A stretch of DNA of 64,000 bases from Mobula hypostoma (lineage: Eukaryota), in the NCBI RefSeq assembly GCF_963921235.1, contig NC_086097.1, positions 253,458,001-253,522,000 on the forward strand, in the 5' to 3' direction. The notes beneath the pieces were generated by a model. It worked only from the letters and a program-made list of their open reading frames with translations, was not told the origin of the DNA and did not search any database. The translations under genes and the position numbers were made by a program. This document shows positions 13,295 to 25,521 of the stretch, one piece after another (position 1 is the stretch's first letter; every line of letters begins with the position of its first letter).

Positions 13295-13993
13295 AGAGGG
13301 GCACTCTGAACAACTGCATATACTGACTGTGACCACTAGGGGGCACATCAAACAATTGCATATATACACTGTGACCACTTGGGGACACACTGAACAACTG
13401 CATACACACACTGTGACCACTAGAGGACAGACTGAAAAACTGCATACACACACTGTGACCACTAGGGGACACACTGAACAACTGCATATATGCACTGTGA
13501 CCACTAGGGGACACACTGAACAATTGCATATACACACTGTGACCACTAGGGGAAACACTGAACAATTGCATATACACACTCTGACCACTAGGGGACACAC
13601 TGAACAATTGCATATACACACTGTGACCACTAGGGGACACACTGAACAACTGCATACACACTCTGACCACTAGGAGACACACTGAACAACTGCATACACA
13701 CTGTGACCACTAGGGGACACACTGAACAACTGTATATACACACTGTGACCACTAGGGGACACACTGAACAACTGCATATATACACTGTGACCACTAGGGG
13801 ACACACTGAACAATTGCATATACACACTGTGACCATTAGGGGACACACTGAACAACTGCATACACACTCTGTGACCACTAGGGGACACACTGAACAACTG
13901 CGTATACACACTGTGACCACTAGGGGACACACTGAACAACTGCCTATACACACTGTGACCACTGGGGGACACACTGAACAACTGTATATACAC
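13295..13993. repeat. 42-bp minisatellite, left block (about 16 units)
   Basis: Unit acactgtgaccactaggggacacactgaacaactgcatatac; explains the 14-aa periodic ORFs. Confidence 0.97.
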
Positions 13994-15248
13994 GCAACAC
14001 ACATCAAAGTTGCTGGTGAACACAGCAGGCCAGGCAGCATCTCTAGGAAGAGGTACAGTCGACGTTTCAGGCCGAGACCCTTCGTCAGGACTAACTGAAG
14101 GAAGAGTGAGTAAGAGATTTGAAAGTGGGAGGGGGAGGGGGAGATCCAAAATGATAGGAGAAGACAGGAGGGGGAGGGATGGAGCCAAGAGCTGGACAGG
14201 TGATTGGCAAAGGGGATACGAGAGGATCATGGGACAGGAGGTCCGGGAAGAAAGATAAGGGGGGGGAACCCAGAGGATGGGCAAGGGGTATAGTCAGAGG
14301 GACAGAGGGAGAAAAAGGAGAACGAGAGAAAGAATGTGTGTATAAAAATAAATAACAGATGGGGTACGAGGGGGAGATGGGGCATTAGCGCAAGTCGATG
14401 TTCATGCCATCAGGTTGGAGGCTACCCAGACGGAATATAAGGTGTTGTTCCTCCAACCTGAGTGTGGCTTCATCTTTACAGTAGAGGAGGCCGTGGATAG
14501 ACATGTCAGAATGGGAATGGGATGTGGAATTAAAATGTGTGGCCACTGGGAGATCCTGCTTTCTCTGGCGGACAGAGCGTAGGTGTTCAGCAAAGCGGTC
14601 TCCCAGTCTGCATCGGGTCTCGCCAATATATAAAAGGCCACATCGGGAGCACCGGACGCAGTATTTCACCCCAGCCGACTCACAGGTGAAGTGTCGCCTC
14701 ACTGGAAGGACTGTTTAGGGCTTTGAATGGTGGTAAGAGAGGAAGTGTAAGGGCATGTGTAGCACTTGTTTCGCTTACAAGGATAAGTGCCAGGAGGGAG
14801 ATCAGTGGGGAGGGATGGGGGGGACGAATGGACAAGGGAGTCGCGTAGGGAGCGATCCCTGCGGAAAGCAGAGGGGGGGGAGGGAAAGATGTGCTTAGTG
14901 GTGGGATCCCGTTGGAGGTGGCGGAAGTTACGGAGAATAATATGTTGGACCCGGAGGCTGGTGGGGTGGTAGGTGAGGACCAGGGGAACCTTATTCCTAG
15001 TGGGGTGGCGGGAGGATGGAGTGAGCGCAGATGTACGTGAAATGGGGGGGATGTGTTTGAGAGCAGAGTTGATAGTGGAGGAAGGGAAGCCCCTTTCTTT
15101 AAAAAAGGAAGACATCTCCCTCGTCCTAGAATGAAAAGCCCCATCCTGAGAGCAGATGTGGCGGAGACGGAGGAATTGCGAGAAGGGGATGACGTTTTTG
15201 CAAGAGACAGGGTGAGAAGACGAATAGTCCAGATAGTCCAAGTCCAAG
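13994..15248 (-). mobile_element. Penelope-like element (linker, GIY-YIG endonuclease, pLTR), 5'-truncated, inserted in the minisatellite
   Basis: DYSSSHPVSCKNVIPFSQFLRLR and YCVRCSRCGLLYIGETRCRLGDRFAEH...QPDGMNID; repeat phase duplicated on both sides (aactgta[t/c]atacac). Confidence 0.9.
14057..14092 (-). ncRNA. Minimal type I hammerhead ribozyme motif, intact core
   Basis: AGUC-CUGACGA-AGG gucucgg CCU-GAAA-CG-UC-GACU on the minus strand. Confidence 0.8.
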
Positions 15249-15450
15249 AACTGTACATACACACTGTGACTACTAGGGGACACACTGAACAACTGCATAT
15301 ACACACTGTGACCACTAGGGGACACACTGAACAACTGTATATACACACTGTGACCACTAGGAGACACACTGAACAACTGCATATACACACTGTGACCACT
15401 AGGGGACACACTGAACAACTGTATGTACATACTGTGACCATGAGGAAACA
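15249..15450. repeat. 42-bp minisatellite, right block (about 4.5 units)
   Basis: Same unit as 13295-13993. Confidence 0.95.
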
Positions 15451-15665
15451 TACTAAGCAGTTACATGTATATAAGTAGTTATAAAAATGCTAGCAGGTAA
15501 TTAATTGTTAAATTGCAATGATAAAATCAATTGAATAGTCTAATGCTATGTAGCCAGGCAGAGGATTAGCAGTTTGCAACAATGATGTGGAGGAAATAAT
15601 TCGCATCTGGAATTCAAAACCACAACCACATTGGCTGTGAGGAAACAACCCCATTTTTAAAAGAA

Positions 15666-16110
15666 GTTGCTGGGACTGGAGGACCTGAGGAGTTATAGGG
15701 AAAGTTTGAATAGATTTGAACCTTATTCCCTGGAGTGTAGGAGAATGAGGGGAGATATGATGGAGATGTACATAATTATGAGGGGTACAGATAGTAGGGT
15801 AAATACAAACAGGATCTTTCTATCTATGGATCGGACTGGAACTAGAGGTCAGGGGTTAAGGGTGAAAGGTAAAAAGTTTAATGGGAAACTTAGTAGGAAC
15901 TTCTTCACTCAGAGGGTAGTGAGAGAATATGGAGCAAAATACCAGTAGAAGTATGCAGGTTTGATTTCAACAATTAACAGAATTTGGATAGGTAGATGGA
16001 TGAGAAGGGTGTGGTTGGGGTGCAGGTCGATGGAAATAGTCAGATTAATGAATTGGCATAGACTAGATGGGCTGAAGGACCTGTTTCTGTGCCATAGTGC
16101 TCTGTGTCTG
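15666..16110 (+). mobile_element. CR1 3' fragment
   Basis: YSLECRRMRGD...RNFFTQRVV. Confidence 0.85.
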
Positions 16111-16487
16111 TAATTGTAAAACAATGAAGATTAAAATATTCACTTTGAGCCTGCAGAAAGTTAGTTCTCATTCAAATATTTTCAGCAAATTGCTTTTGCA
16201 TCCTTTGTGTTTGTTCATGTCTCTGCGAAGGAGTAAATTTTTTGTGTATTTGTAGCCTGCAATTTCATCGGTAAGTTTAGATCAGTAACTGAGAACAATT
16301 GTAGGTAGGAGCGATTTGTGTTTGGGTGTTTTTGATTTGCTTTTCAGCTGGTTCAGCACAACATTGGTAAGTTTAGATAAGTAACTGAGAACAATTGACA
16401 CAAACCAGGCAACATTCCGAGCAACGCCCTTATCATCTATAAATTAGCTGATTGACTAAAGGGAACTTGGTAAACTTTGGAGTCACA

Positions 16488-17200
16488 CTCAAAATGCTGG
16501 AGGAGCTCAGCAGGCCAGGCAGCATCTATGGAGGGGAATAAACGGTCAGTGTTTTGGGCTGAGACCCTTCATCAGGACTGGAAAGGGAGGGGGAAGAAGC
16601 CAGAATAAGAAGGTGGTGGGGAGGGGAGAGGAGGGAGGTGATAGGTGGAGCCGGGTGGAAGGGGTGAATGAGGGGGTAAGAAGCTGGGAGGTGATCACTG
16701 AGAGAGGTAATAAAGGGCTAAGGAAGGAGGAATCTGATAGGAGAGAAGAGTGGATCATTGGAAAAAGGGAAGGAGGGGGGTGATTGGCAGGTGAGGAGTA
16801 GAGGTAAGAGGCCAGTGTGGGGAATTGATGAAGAAGATAGGTGGAGGGGAAAAATGCAGCAGAAGTTAAAGCAATCAATATTTATTCCGTCAGGTTGAAG
16901 GCCAGTTAGACAGCATTTGAGGTGTTGCTGCTGTAACCTGAGTGTGGCCTGATCGTGGCAGAAGAGGAGGGTGTGGCCCAACACCCACGTGGCTTCACCT
17001 ATCACCTTCTAGCATGTCCTCCTTCCCCTCACTCCTCCACCTTATTCTGCCATCTTTCCCCTTCCTTTCCAGTGCTGATTAAGGGTGCCGGCCCGAAATG
17101 TTTACTGTTTATTCCTCTCCATAGATGCTGCCTGACCTGCTGAGTTCTTCCAGCATTTTGTCTGTGTTCTGGATTTCCTGCATCTCGGATTTTCTTTTGT
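16488..17200. mobile_element. Degenerate Penelope-like element with inverted termini
   Basis: Minus-strand GIY-YIG C-terminus (LQPDGINID) plus pLTR, followed by a plus-strand pLTR copy. Confidence 0.75.
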
Positions 17201-17265
17201 GTTGATGAACTTTAGCCTTCCATTTTGTTTTATTCACAGAATAGATTCTTTTTTGTTTTATCCAG

Positions 17266-17375
17266 GCGATGGAAATTGCGAAGTGTCAGATGTGAACAGA
17301 ACAGACAAGAGCACAACGAAGCGTAAAAGGCCCTCTGGTAAATGTCGGATGAGTAATGGCTTTGGCAGGAAGTAA
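17266..17375 (+). CDS. PTDSS1: PTDSS1 last coding exon with stop codon
   Basis: tatccag|GC GAT...AAG TAA; (G)DGNCEVSDVNRTDKSTTKRKRPSGKCRMSNGFGRK*, resembling the human C-terminus (...KVTNGVGKK). Confidence 0.87.
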
Positions 17376-18360
17376 GGTGGTTTCACTGAGGTGGAATCCA
17401 CCTTCCACAAGGAAGTCCGAAGCTGGATCTGAAAGCCTTTGCAAAGCCGACAAACAGAATGAAAAGACTGATTGATCAGTTTGGTAGCCGAGGGATGGTG
17501 CGTGATGTCGAAGCAGTTTTAGTGTTTTGTAGCGGATAGCAACTCATCAGCTTAATGTGTTCCTACATTTTTTTCTTACCATTTTGTTTAAAGAAAAGAA
17601 GAAATTCTTGAAGCTTTTGTATATTTTTATTTAAAACTTTTTAATTTGCTGGCGATTTAATTTTGAGTTGATGGAGCCAACCACAGCGTTAACTAACATT
17701 GAAATGCAGTTAGGTTAGCGGAACGCAGCGTTAACTAACATTGAAATGCAGTTAGGTTAGCGGAACGCAGCGTTAACTAACATTGAAATGCAGTTAGGTT
17801 AGCTAACCACAGCGTTAACTAACATTGAAGTGCAGTTAGGTCAGCTGAACGCAGCATTAACTAACATTGAAATACAGTTAGGTTAGTGGAGCGTAGGGAA
17901 CAGTCTCTGGGAAAGCACTTTCTGACTAGTTTCTGCTGCAATGTGATCACTCTGAACAGTTGCTCTGTTAAGAGTTTGTGTGAAGCTTGCTTCAGTCATG
18001 CAGTATATATAATTTGTGCCAAATGCTGTAGTTATTGATTTCAATTTGTGTTGAGTGAAATGGCTTAAAACTGCTTGGTTAATGAAGGCCCAACCCTTGC
18101 AGACTGTTGAATGGGTGTTATAACCTTTATTCCAGAATTTTTTTCCTGAATTTTCATTTAAGTCTTGCACATTTCACCTACTGTATTTTTATTCAATAGA
18201 TAATATAACTGGAGAATACAATTCAATTAAGTACACCGTGCTAGTTACTTCATTCTAGTATCCAGTGGAAATCGTACACTGATCTGATATGCAGTCGTGT
18301 TTGATATTGACTGGATGTTACAATTTTTAGAATGAAATAATCTTGTTTTACCTTTTACAA
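17376..18360 (+). other. PTDSS1: Probable PTDSS1 3' UTR (3' end uncertain)
   Basis: Non-repetitive, U-rich sequence directly after the stop codon; nearest clear AATAAA is around 19127. Confidence 0.55.
17684..17893. repeat. 42-bp tandem repeat, 5 copies, in the PTDSS1 3' UTR
   Basis: Unit cagcgttaactaacattgaaatgcagttaggttagcggaacg. Confidence 0.95.
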
Positions 18361-18384
18361 GGATAAGTCATGAATGAAGATGAC

Positions 18385-18765
18385 TTGCCATCCCTACCCT
18401 GGCCTCGTACCTCCACCTGCCTTTCACCTCCCCTGGTGCCCCTCCGTCTCTCATGGGCCAATCAGATTCCTCCTTCTTCAGCCCTTTACCTCCTTCCACC
18501 TATCAGCTCCCAGCTTCTTACTTCATCAACCCCACCCACCTGGCTTCACCTGTTACCTGCAGCTCTTCCTCCCCCCTCCGGCCCCCACCACCATCTTCGT
18601 ACTCTGGCACCTCCTCCCTCCCTTCCCAGTCCCGATGAGGGGTCTTGGTCCGAAACATCGACAGGTGTATTCATTTCTGTAGAGGCTGCCTGCCCTGCTG
18701 GGCTCCCCCATCATTTACTGTGTGTTGCTCTGGATTTCCGGAATCTGCAGAATCACTAGTGTTTG
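18385..18765 (+). mobile_element. Penelope pLTR fragment with a mutated hammerhead core (CCGAUGA)
   Basis: Pyrimidine-rich pLTR followed by agtcccgatgaggggtcttggtccgaaacatcgac. Confidence 0.7.
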
Positions 18766-19349
18766 ACATCCCTATTACAAATAGAAATGAGATAGAAATA
18801 TGAATTACTTTTATTTTCTTTGGTCAATTTTTTGACATGTTTGTAATTCTCATCATGATAATCCATCAGAAAACTTGAGCAATGAAATGCTGGACAATGC
18901 AGTCTATGGCTTTGATGCCACTGAAAATAATGTTGATTATAATTTTTGTGTGGAACTGGTCTCTCTTGAGCTTATGGTACAACAATCATCACAGCAGCAA
19001 TTGAGCTGTGTTTGGCAGGTCTGACACACAAACTGATGTCCAATCTTACATGAACCTTCTTTTCAAAACTGACAGTCTTCACTCAGGAACCTGTTACATT
19101 TGGAATTCTTACAGGCAGTGGTTCCAAATAAATCACTTCAGAAATATCAACCTATTCTGTTTATGTGTGATTTTTTTTCCCAATGTATTTCATTTAAAAA
19201 TGAATTAAGGGAAAGATTGAATAGGTTAGAACTTCAGTCCCTGGAGCATAGGAGATTGAGAGGAGATTTGATGGAGGTACACAAAATTATCAGGGGTATA
19301 GATAGGGTAAATGCAAGCAGGCTTGAGGTTGGGTCATGAGTTAAGGCAA

Positions 19350-20470
19350 TATGATATAGGAACAGAATTAATCCATTTGGCCCATCGAGTTTGCTCCACC
19401 ATTTCATCATGGCTGATCCAATTTTCCTCTCAGCCCCAATCCCCTGCCTTCTCCCCATATCCCTTCATGCCCTGACCAAGCAAGAATCCATCAACCTCTG
19501 CCTTAAATATCTATAAAGACTTGGCCTCCACAGCTGCCTCTGGCAAAGAATTTCGCCAATTCACTGCTCTCTGGCTAAAGAAATTCTTTATCTCTGTTCC
19601 AAAATGAAGCCCCTTTATTCTGAGCCTGTGTTCGCTGGTCTCAGACACTCACACCACAGGAAATATCCTCTTTACATTCCCTCTATCAAGGCCTTTTACC
19701 ATTCAATAGGTTTCAGTGAAGTCACCCTTCATTCTTCTGACTTGTAGTTAATTCCCTGTACTCCACTGTAGTACTGATACATCTGGCTTTAGCTTCTCCT
19801 TCTCAAATTTCAGGGTGAATTTGATCGTATTGTGGTCACTTGCCCCTAAGGGTTCTTTTACCTAAAGTTCTCTGATCAATTCTGGTTCATTGTGCAGCAC
19901 CTAATTCAGAATAACTGATCCCCTAGTGGGCTCAACCACGAGCTGCCATCTTGTAGGCACTCGAGAAGTTACCTTTCTGGAATTCAGCATCAACCTGATT
20001 TTCCCAGCCTATCTGCATATTGAAGATCTCCCATGACTATTGTAACATTGCCCTTTTGACATGCATTTCCTATCTCCCTTTGTAATTTGTAGGCCACATC
20101 CTTACTACTGTTTGGGGGTCTGTATACAACTCCCATCAGGGTCTTTTTACCCTTGCAGTTCCTTAGCTCTATCCACAATGATTCAACACCCTCTGACTCT
20201 ATGGCACCTCTTTCTAATGATTTGATTTTTAATTTTTGACCAAAAGGGCAACGCCATCCTCTCTGCCTATCCTTTCGATACCTTGGTAATCCTTGCACGT
20301 TAAGCTCCCAGCTATAATCTTACAGTCACCATTCAATGATGCCTACAACATCATACCCGCCAATCAGTTACTCAGCTGCAAGTTCATATATTGCACTCAT
20401 TCAAAAAAAACCTTCACTCTTTTGGATTCTGTCCACGTTGTAACTCATCCCGCTGACTACAATCTTACCC
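19350..20470 (-). mobile_element. CR1 fragments (3' end and APE endonuclease region)
   Basis: ESLWIELRN...GVVYRPPNS...IVMGD motifs. Confidence 0.85.
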
Positions 20471-21129
20471 TATTAACAGCCCTACCATTCGCCTTTCCGC
20501 ATTGAAATGTACACAGCTCAGGACACTAGTCACACCATACTCAGCGTTTTGATTCCTGACTTTGTCTGAGGTTTTAACAACATCCGTCTCCGCAACCTCT
20601 CCACTAACTGTTCAAGCACTCTGGTTCCCATCTCCCGCAGTGAAGGGTGAAAGGTGAAATGTTAAAGAGCAACATGAGAGGAAACTTCTTCACTCAGAGT
20701 GTTGTGAGTGTGAAACGAGCTGTCAGCACAAGTGGTGCATGCAAGCTGGATTTCAACATTGAAGAGAAGTTTGGATAGGTACATGGCTGGTAGGGGTATG
20801 GAGGATTTTGGTCCCAGTGCAGGTCGATGGGACTAATAGTTCAGTATGGACTAGATGGGCTGAAGGGCCTGTTCCTGCTCTGTCGTGTTCTATTCAACCT
20901 AAACCACCTCAAGGTATGTTTATGAAAGCATATTTTGACTATGCTTCTGATAGTGTTGCTGAGAATGCAGAATTATTTGTAATGATGTGAGCAGTATCAC
21001 CTGTCGAAAGAGCCGCTGTGCTTGAGAAGACAGGTTAATGACATTCCGGACAGAGTGCAATGGACGGGAACAGCGACCTCAATGTTCTCTGATCATTGGC
21101 ATTTCTTTGTAGAATTTGATAATATACAG

Positions 21130-22045
21130 TATAGAGCACTTTATTGATCCCAAATGGGAAATTGCCTTGTTACGGCAGCAATATTTAAAAACGCACTTAG
21201 CAAAAATAATAAATATTAACTAATAATAAAGTACATTATAATATACACAATAATAATTTGCCAATGTGTAATAATAATGTATGAAATAATAAAGCAGAGA
21301 CTATTGTACTATGATGTGTGTTCTGTCGCACAGAGATGAACTGTTGTATTGCATTTGGTAGGAAAGGTTTTCTGTAACGATCCTTGTGACAGCAGAGCTG
21401 AATGATTCTGTTTGAAAGGCTGCTCCGCTGTTTATTAGTAGGTCATGGAGAGGGTGTGACAGATTGTCCAGAATGGATAACAGTTTGTTTAGTGACCTCC
21501 TCTCCACCACTAACTCTGAAGAGTCCGGTTGTAGCCAAGGACGGACCCAGCCTTTTAGATGAGTTTATTTAGTCGTTTTGCATCACCAGCACCGATGCTG
21601 CTCCCCCAACATAAAGCTGCAAAGAAGACCGCACTCACTACAACAGACTGGTAAAAGATCTCCAGCATCCTGCTACACACATTGAAGGATCTCAGCTTCC
21701 TTAGCAAATAGAGTCTGCTCATCCCCTTCTCGTAAACAGCCTTGGTGCTGGTTTTCCAGTCAAGCCTGTTGTCGAGGTGACACACAAGTATTTGTACTCC
21801 TCCACCCCACTCCCCCCAAATTTCTCCCAGAGTGTATACAGGATTCGTCAGAGGCCTTTTTCCTCCTAAAATCAATCACCAGCTCCCTGGTTTTGGCCAC
21901 ATTCAGGAGCCGGTGATTCCTCCTGCACCTCTCCACAAACTGTTCACCAGTCCTCTGTACTCCGACTCCCACCCATCTCTGATACACCCAACCACCGCAG
22001 AGTCATCAGAGAACTTCTGCAAGTGACAGACTTGGATTTGTTCTG
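21130..22045 (-). mobile_element. Rex1/Babar LINE, 5'-truncated
   Basis: KFSDDSAVVGCI, LNVAKTRELVIDFRRK and LRKLRSFNVCSRMLEIFYQSVV. Confidence 0.85.
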
Positions 22046-23135
22046 AGAGTCTGAGGTGTTCATTGCACATATACACATTTACCACCAGCTAGGCCACGCT
22101 CTCTTCTTGCCGCCGCCGTCAGGAAGAGGAAGGAGGTACAGGAACCTCAGGACACACTACCAGGTTCAGGAAAAGTTATTACCCCTCAACCATCAGGCTC
22201 CTGAACCAGTGGGGATAACTTCAGTCACCTTCGTTTGCCTGTCACCGAACTGTTCCACAAACTATGGACTCCCTTTCAAGGACTCTAACTCTTGTGTTCT
22301 CAATATTTATTGCTTAATTATTTACTATTTTTAAAATTTATTTGTATTTGCTGATTATGCCCTCAAGAAATTGAATTTCAGAGTTTTCATATGGTGACAT
22401 ATGTACTTTGATGATAAATTTACTTTGAACTTTGAACATTAAATTCTGGGACAACTTTTGCTGATTTATTTTCTGTAAGGGGGTGGGGTGTGGGGAAGGA
22501 AATTGGCAAAATGCTTTTATTCCGTAGGTAAGCCGGTGAGCTGCAGCGAGGGTCAGAAAAGCACTCAGTTCTTCCGGACCAATAAGTATTCCTTTGTATT
22601 GGCACTAGATTTCCTGGCATCAATTAATTTAGGTTACCTTATTTTTGTATATTATGATTTTCTTATCAAAACACTTAAGGTGGTGCCATGCGTCTGGGAA
22701 TGTGGAGGGAAACCCGTGTGGTCACGGGGATTGGAGATACAAACTCCTCGGATTCAGAGTCGGATTATGTCTGGGAGTCGCTTAATGTCAGAATCACAGT
22801 CAGGGTTAATATCACTAGCATCTGTCGTGGTATTTGTTGTTTTACGACAGCAGTACAGTGCAATACATAATAATAAAAGCTATAAATTATAATGAGATAT
22901 ATGAAAAAATAAATGAGTAGTGGAAAGTAGAGAAAAATATTGAAGTAGTGTTGAATATCCATTCAGAAATCAGATGGTGGGTGTTTTGGGGAGTGGGAAG
23001 AAGCTGTTTCTGAAATGTTCCGACAGTGTTGAATATCCATTCAGAAATCAGATGGTGGGTGTTTTGGGGGGGGGGGGGAAGAGGGAAGAAGCTGTTTCTG
23101 AAACGTTGAATGTGTACTTCCGGCACCTGCACCTC

Positions 23136-23591
23136 TGTTGTTGTGAACAAATTCACCAAAGAGACGTGGCTGTTAGACATGAAGTCGTCTTTTATTCGGC
23201 AAAATGAGACACAGAAAGCATCATTCTGAGACCCTTTGGGAGGAGGCCTGTCCGACCCAATTTATATGCTAATGATCAAAGGACAACTCTATATAGTATT
23301 GCTCACTCTTTCCACTTCCGATCCCTCAACGAAGACCGGTGTGAGTTCCCTCACCATCTTCCTTTGATGTACAATATGACTTTCACCTCCCTTTTCACGC
23401 CCTCTCTACAGACACAGACACCCCAAACTAAGGTTAAGTAAGCATTGTCCAGTTTTCCAATTAACAGCTCTAGGAACCTATTGTCCAGAGTGGCGAAATA
23501 AGTTTAATGGACAGATCATATTCAGACCTGAAGGTTGGTTGCTGAAGTTACTATTTTGCTATGCACCCCAAGTCTAGTATAGGCTCTTACA
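23136..23591 (-). mobile_element. Solo LTR (456 bp)
   Basis: TG...CA ends, 5-bp TSD ACCTC (23131-23135 and 23592-23596); minus-strand TATAAA (23261-23266) and AATAAA (23191-23196). Confidence 0.75.
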
Positions 23592-24447
23592 ACCTCACCC
23601 ATGATGGTAGCAAAGAGATGAGGGTATGTCCTGGGTGATCCTTCTGCATTGAATGAGGGAGGCAATCATGGTCTTTCCATGACCATGATTATTCTTGGCA
23701 AATTTTTCTACAGAAGTGGTTTGCCATTGCTGCCTTCTGGGCAGTGTCTTTACAAGACAGGTCACCCCAGCCATTATCAATACTCTTCAGAGATTGTCTG
23801 CCTGGTATTAGTGGTCGCATAACCAGGACTTGTGATATGCACCAGCTGCTCATACGACCATCCACCACCTGCTCCCACGGCTTCAGGTACACTTTGCTCA
23901 AGGAAGGGTGACTTGAGAGATAGGGGTCCTTAATGATGGATGAGGCATCGCATTGCCAAGGTGTCCCTGATGCTGAGGAGGCTGGTGCCCATGATGGAGC
24001 TGGCTGAGGTTTCAACTCTGTAGCTTTGTTCAATCCCGTGCGGTGCTCCCTCCATAACAGATGGTGAAACAACAGTGAAAATTCTCTCCATGGTACATCT
24101 GTAGAAATTTGCAAGAGTTTGTGGTGATTTACCTGGTCTCCTCAAACTGCGAATGCACAGCATCGTAGTGTCATGGCTGGTACAGCGCTTTACAGTACAG
24201 GTGACCCAGGTTCAATTCCTGCCGCTGCTTGTAAGGAGTTTGTATATTCTCCCTGTGGCCACATAGGTTTCCTCCGGATGCTCCAGTTCCCGCCCACAGT
24301 CCAAAGACATACTGGTTGGTAGGTTAGTTGGACATTGTAAATTGCCCTATGATTAAGCTAGGGGGGATTGTTGGGTGGCGTGACTCAACCGGCCGGGAGG
24401 GTCTACTTCACGCTGCACCTCAATCAATCAATTGATGAATAGATAAT

Positions 24448-24820
24448 CAAGTCGAGGGGCTCTATCGGTCAGAGTTGACCATGGCTGTTGTGTTCTAGCT
24501 GTCCAGATACACACGCCAGGGCAGTACGATATGGAGAGCAAGCTGTTGCCCGTGTAGCAAGCTCCCCCTCTCCACACATCTGATGAACCCAAAGGAACAG
24601 CAGAGACTGATATATTTTGGTCCCAGCAGCGATGCAGGAGTTGCCAGTCAGTGCAGGACTGCCTTCGGGACTCCAGCTCTGGATTTTTCTTCAGGGTTTA
24701 CTCCTGAAGCCTTCCCCATGAGTGGGTATGGCTGCAAGGTAGCAGAGGTTTGAAATCAGAGTTTTCCTTCTCTTAGATGAGCTGCCAACCACGGCTGACA
24801 AGCCCCATCTGCCCAAGGCG
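24448..24820 (-). mobile_element. Probable RTE-derived non-autonomous element
   Basis: Reverse of an RTE 5'-UTR-like motif ggttggcagctcatctaagagaaggaaaactc (recalled, not searched). Confidence 0.45.
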
Positions 24821-25521
24821 ATAACTAGATCAATAGATAAATAGATGGATAAGTAAGTAACTAGATGAAGAGAAAAATAGATAGGTAGATAAATAGATAA
24901 ATAAATATAGCCAATGCCATGCCTGCTTTGTAATTGCATCAATGTGATGGGCCCAGGATAGATCCTCAGCGATGCTGACACCCAGGAACTTGAATTTGCT
25001 CACTCTTTCCACTTCCAATCCCTCCATGAAGACTGATGTGTGTTCCCTCGATATCCCCCTCCTGAAGTCCAAAGTGATGACAGCACAAAACAGCAAGTTC
25101 TGATACTGAAAGAATAGGCACGAGAATTTGATTGAGTCTTTCCATAGGAGCACCACCAAGCGTGTTCTGTTTGGATGCATCATTGTGTGGTACAGAAGCT
25201 GCCAGACCCCACAGGAGATAGTAAAAGCCACTGAGAGGATCACCAGGGTCTCCCTTCCCCTTTGTGTGACATTTCTATGTTTCTATGTTTCTATTTACCA
25301 GAAGCGTTGTAGACGAAGGACCTGAAGCAGTGTTGAGGATCACTACCACCCACCTAACAATCCCTCTGACCCACGACCATCAGGAAGGAGATACAGGAAC
25401 ATCAGGAGTAGCTTCTTCCCTCAAGCAGTGAGATTAATGACTACCCTGCCACCACCGAGGTCAGCGAGCTGCTTACTGTTTACTGTTTACCTGTGCTGCA
25501 CACTACTTGCACTTTCAATTA

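Noticed and set aside
13295..15450. CRISPR-like array, or repetitive protein ORFs (HTVTTRGHTEQL / QLFSVSPSGHSV / Cys-rich)
   Set aside because: Units are contiguous with no unique spacers, there are no cas genes, and the context is a eukaryotic intron. The ORFs in several frames are a by-product of a stop-poor 42-bp unit.
14699..15451. 250-aa ORF as a novel repeat-fused protein
   Set aside because: Chance in-frame fusion of the minisatellite with a 5'-truncated Penelope ORF; it lacks the RT core and is frameshifted before GIY-YIG.
23655..24820. HDV-like ribozyme in the RTE-related fragments
   Set aside because: Some RTE 5' ends carry such ribozymes, but I could not build the nested double pseudoknot by eye; it would need a descriptor search.
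24822..24905. (GATA/AAAT)n-like stretch
   Set aside because: Ordinary degenerate microsatellite or retroelement tail.
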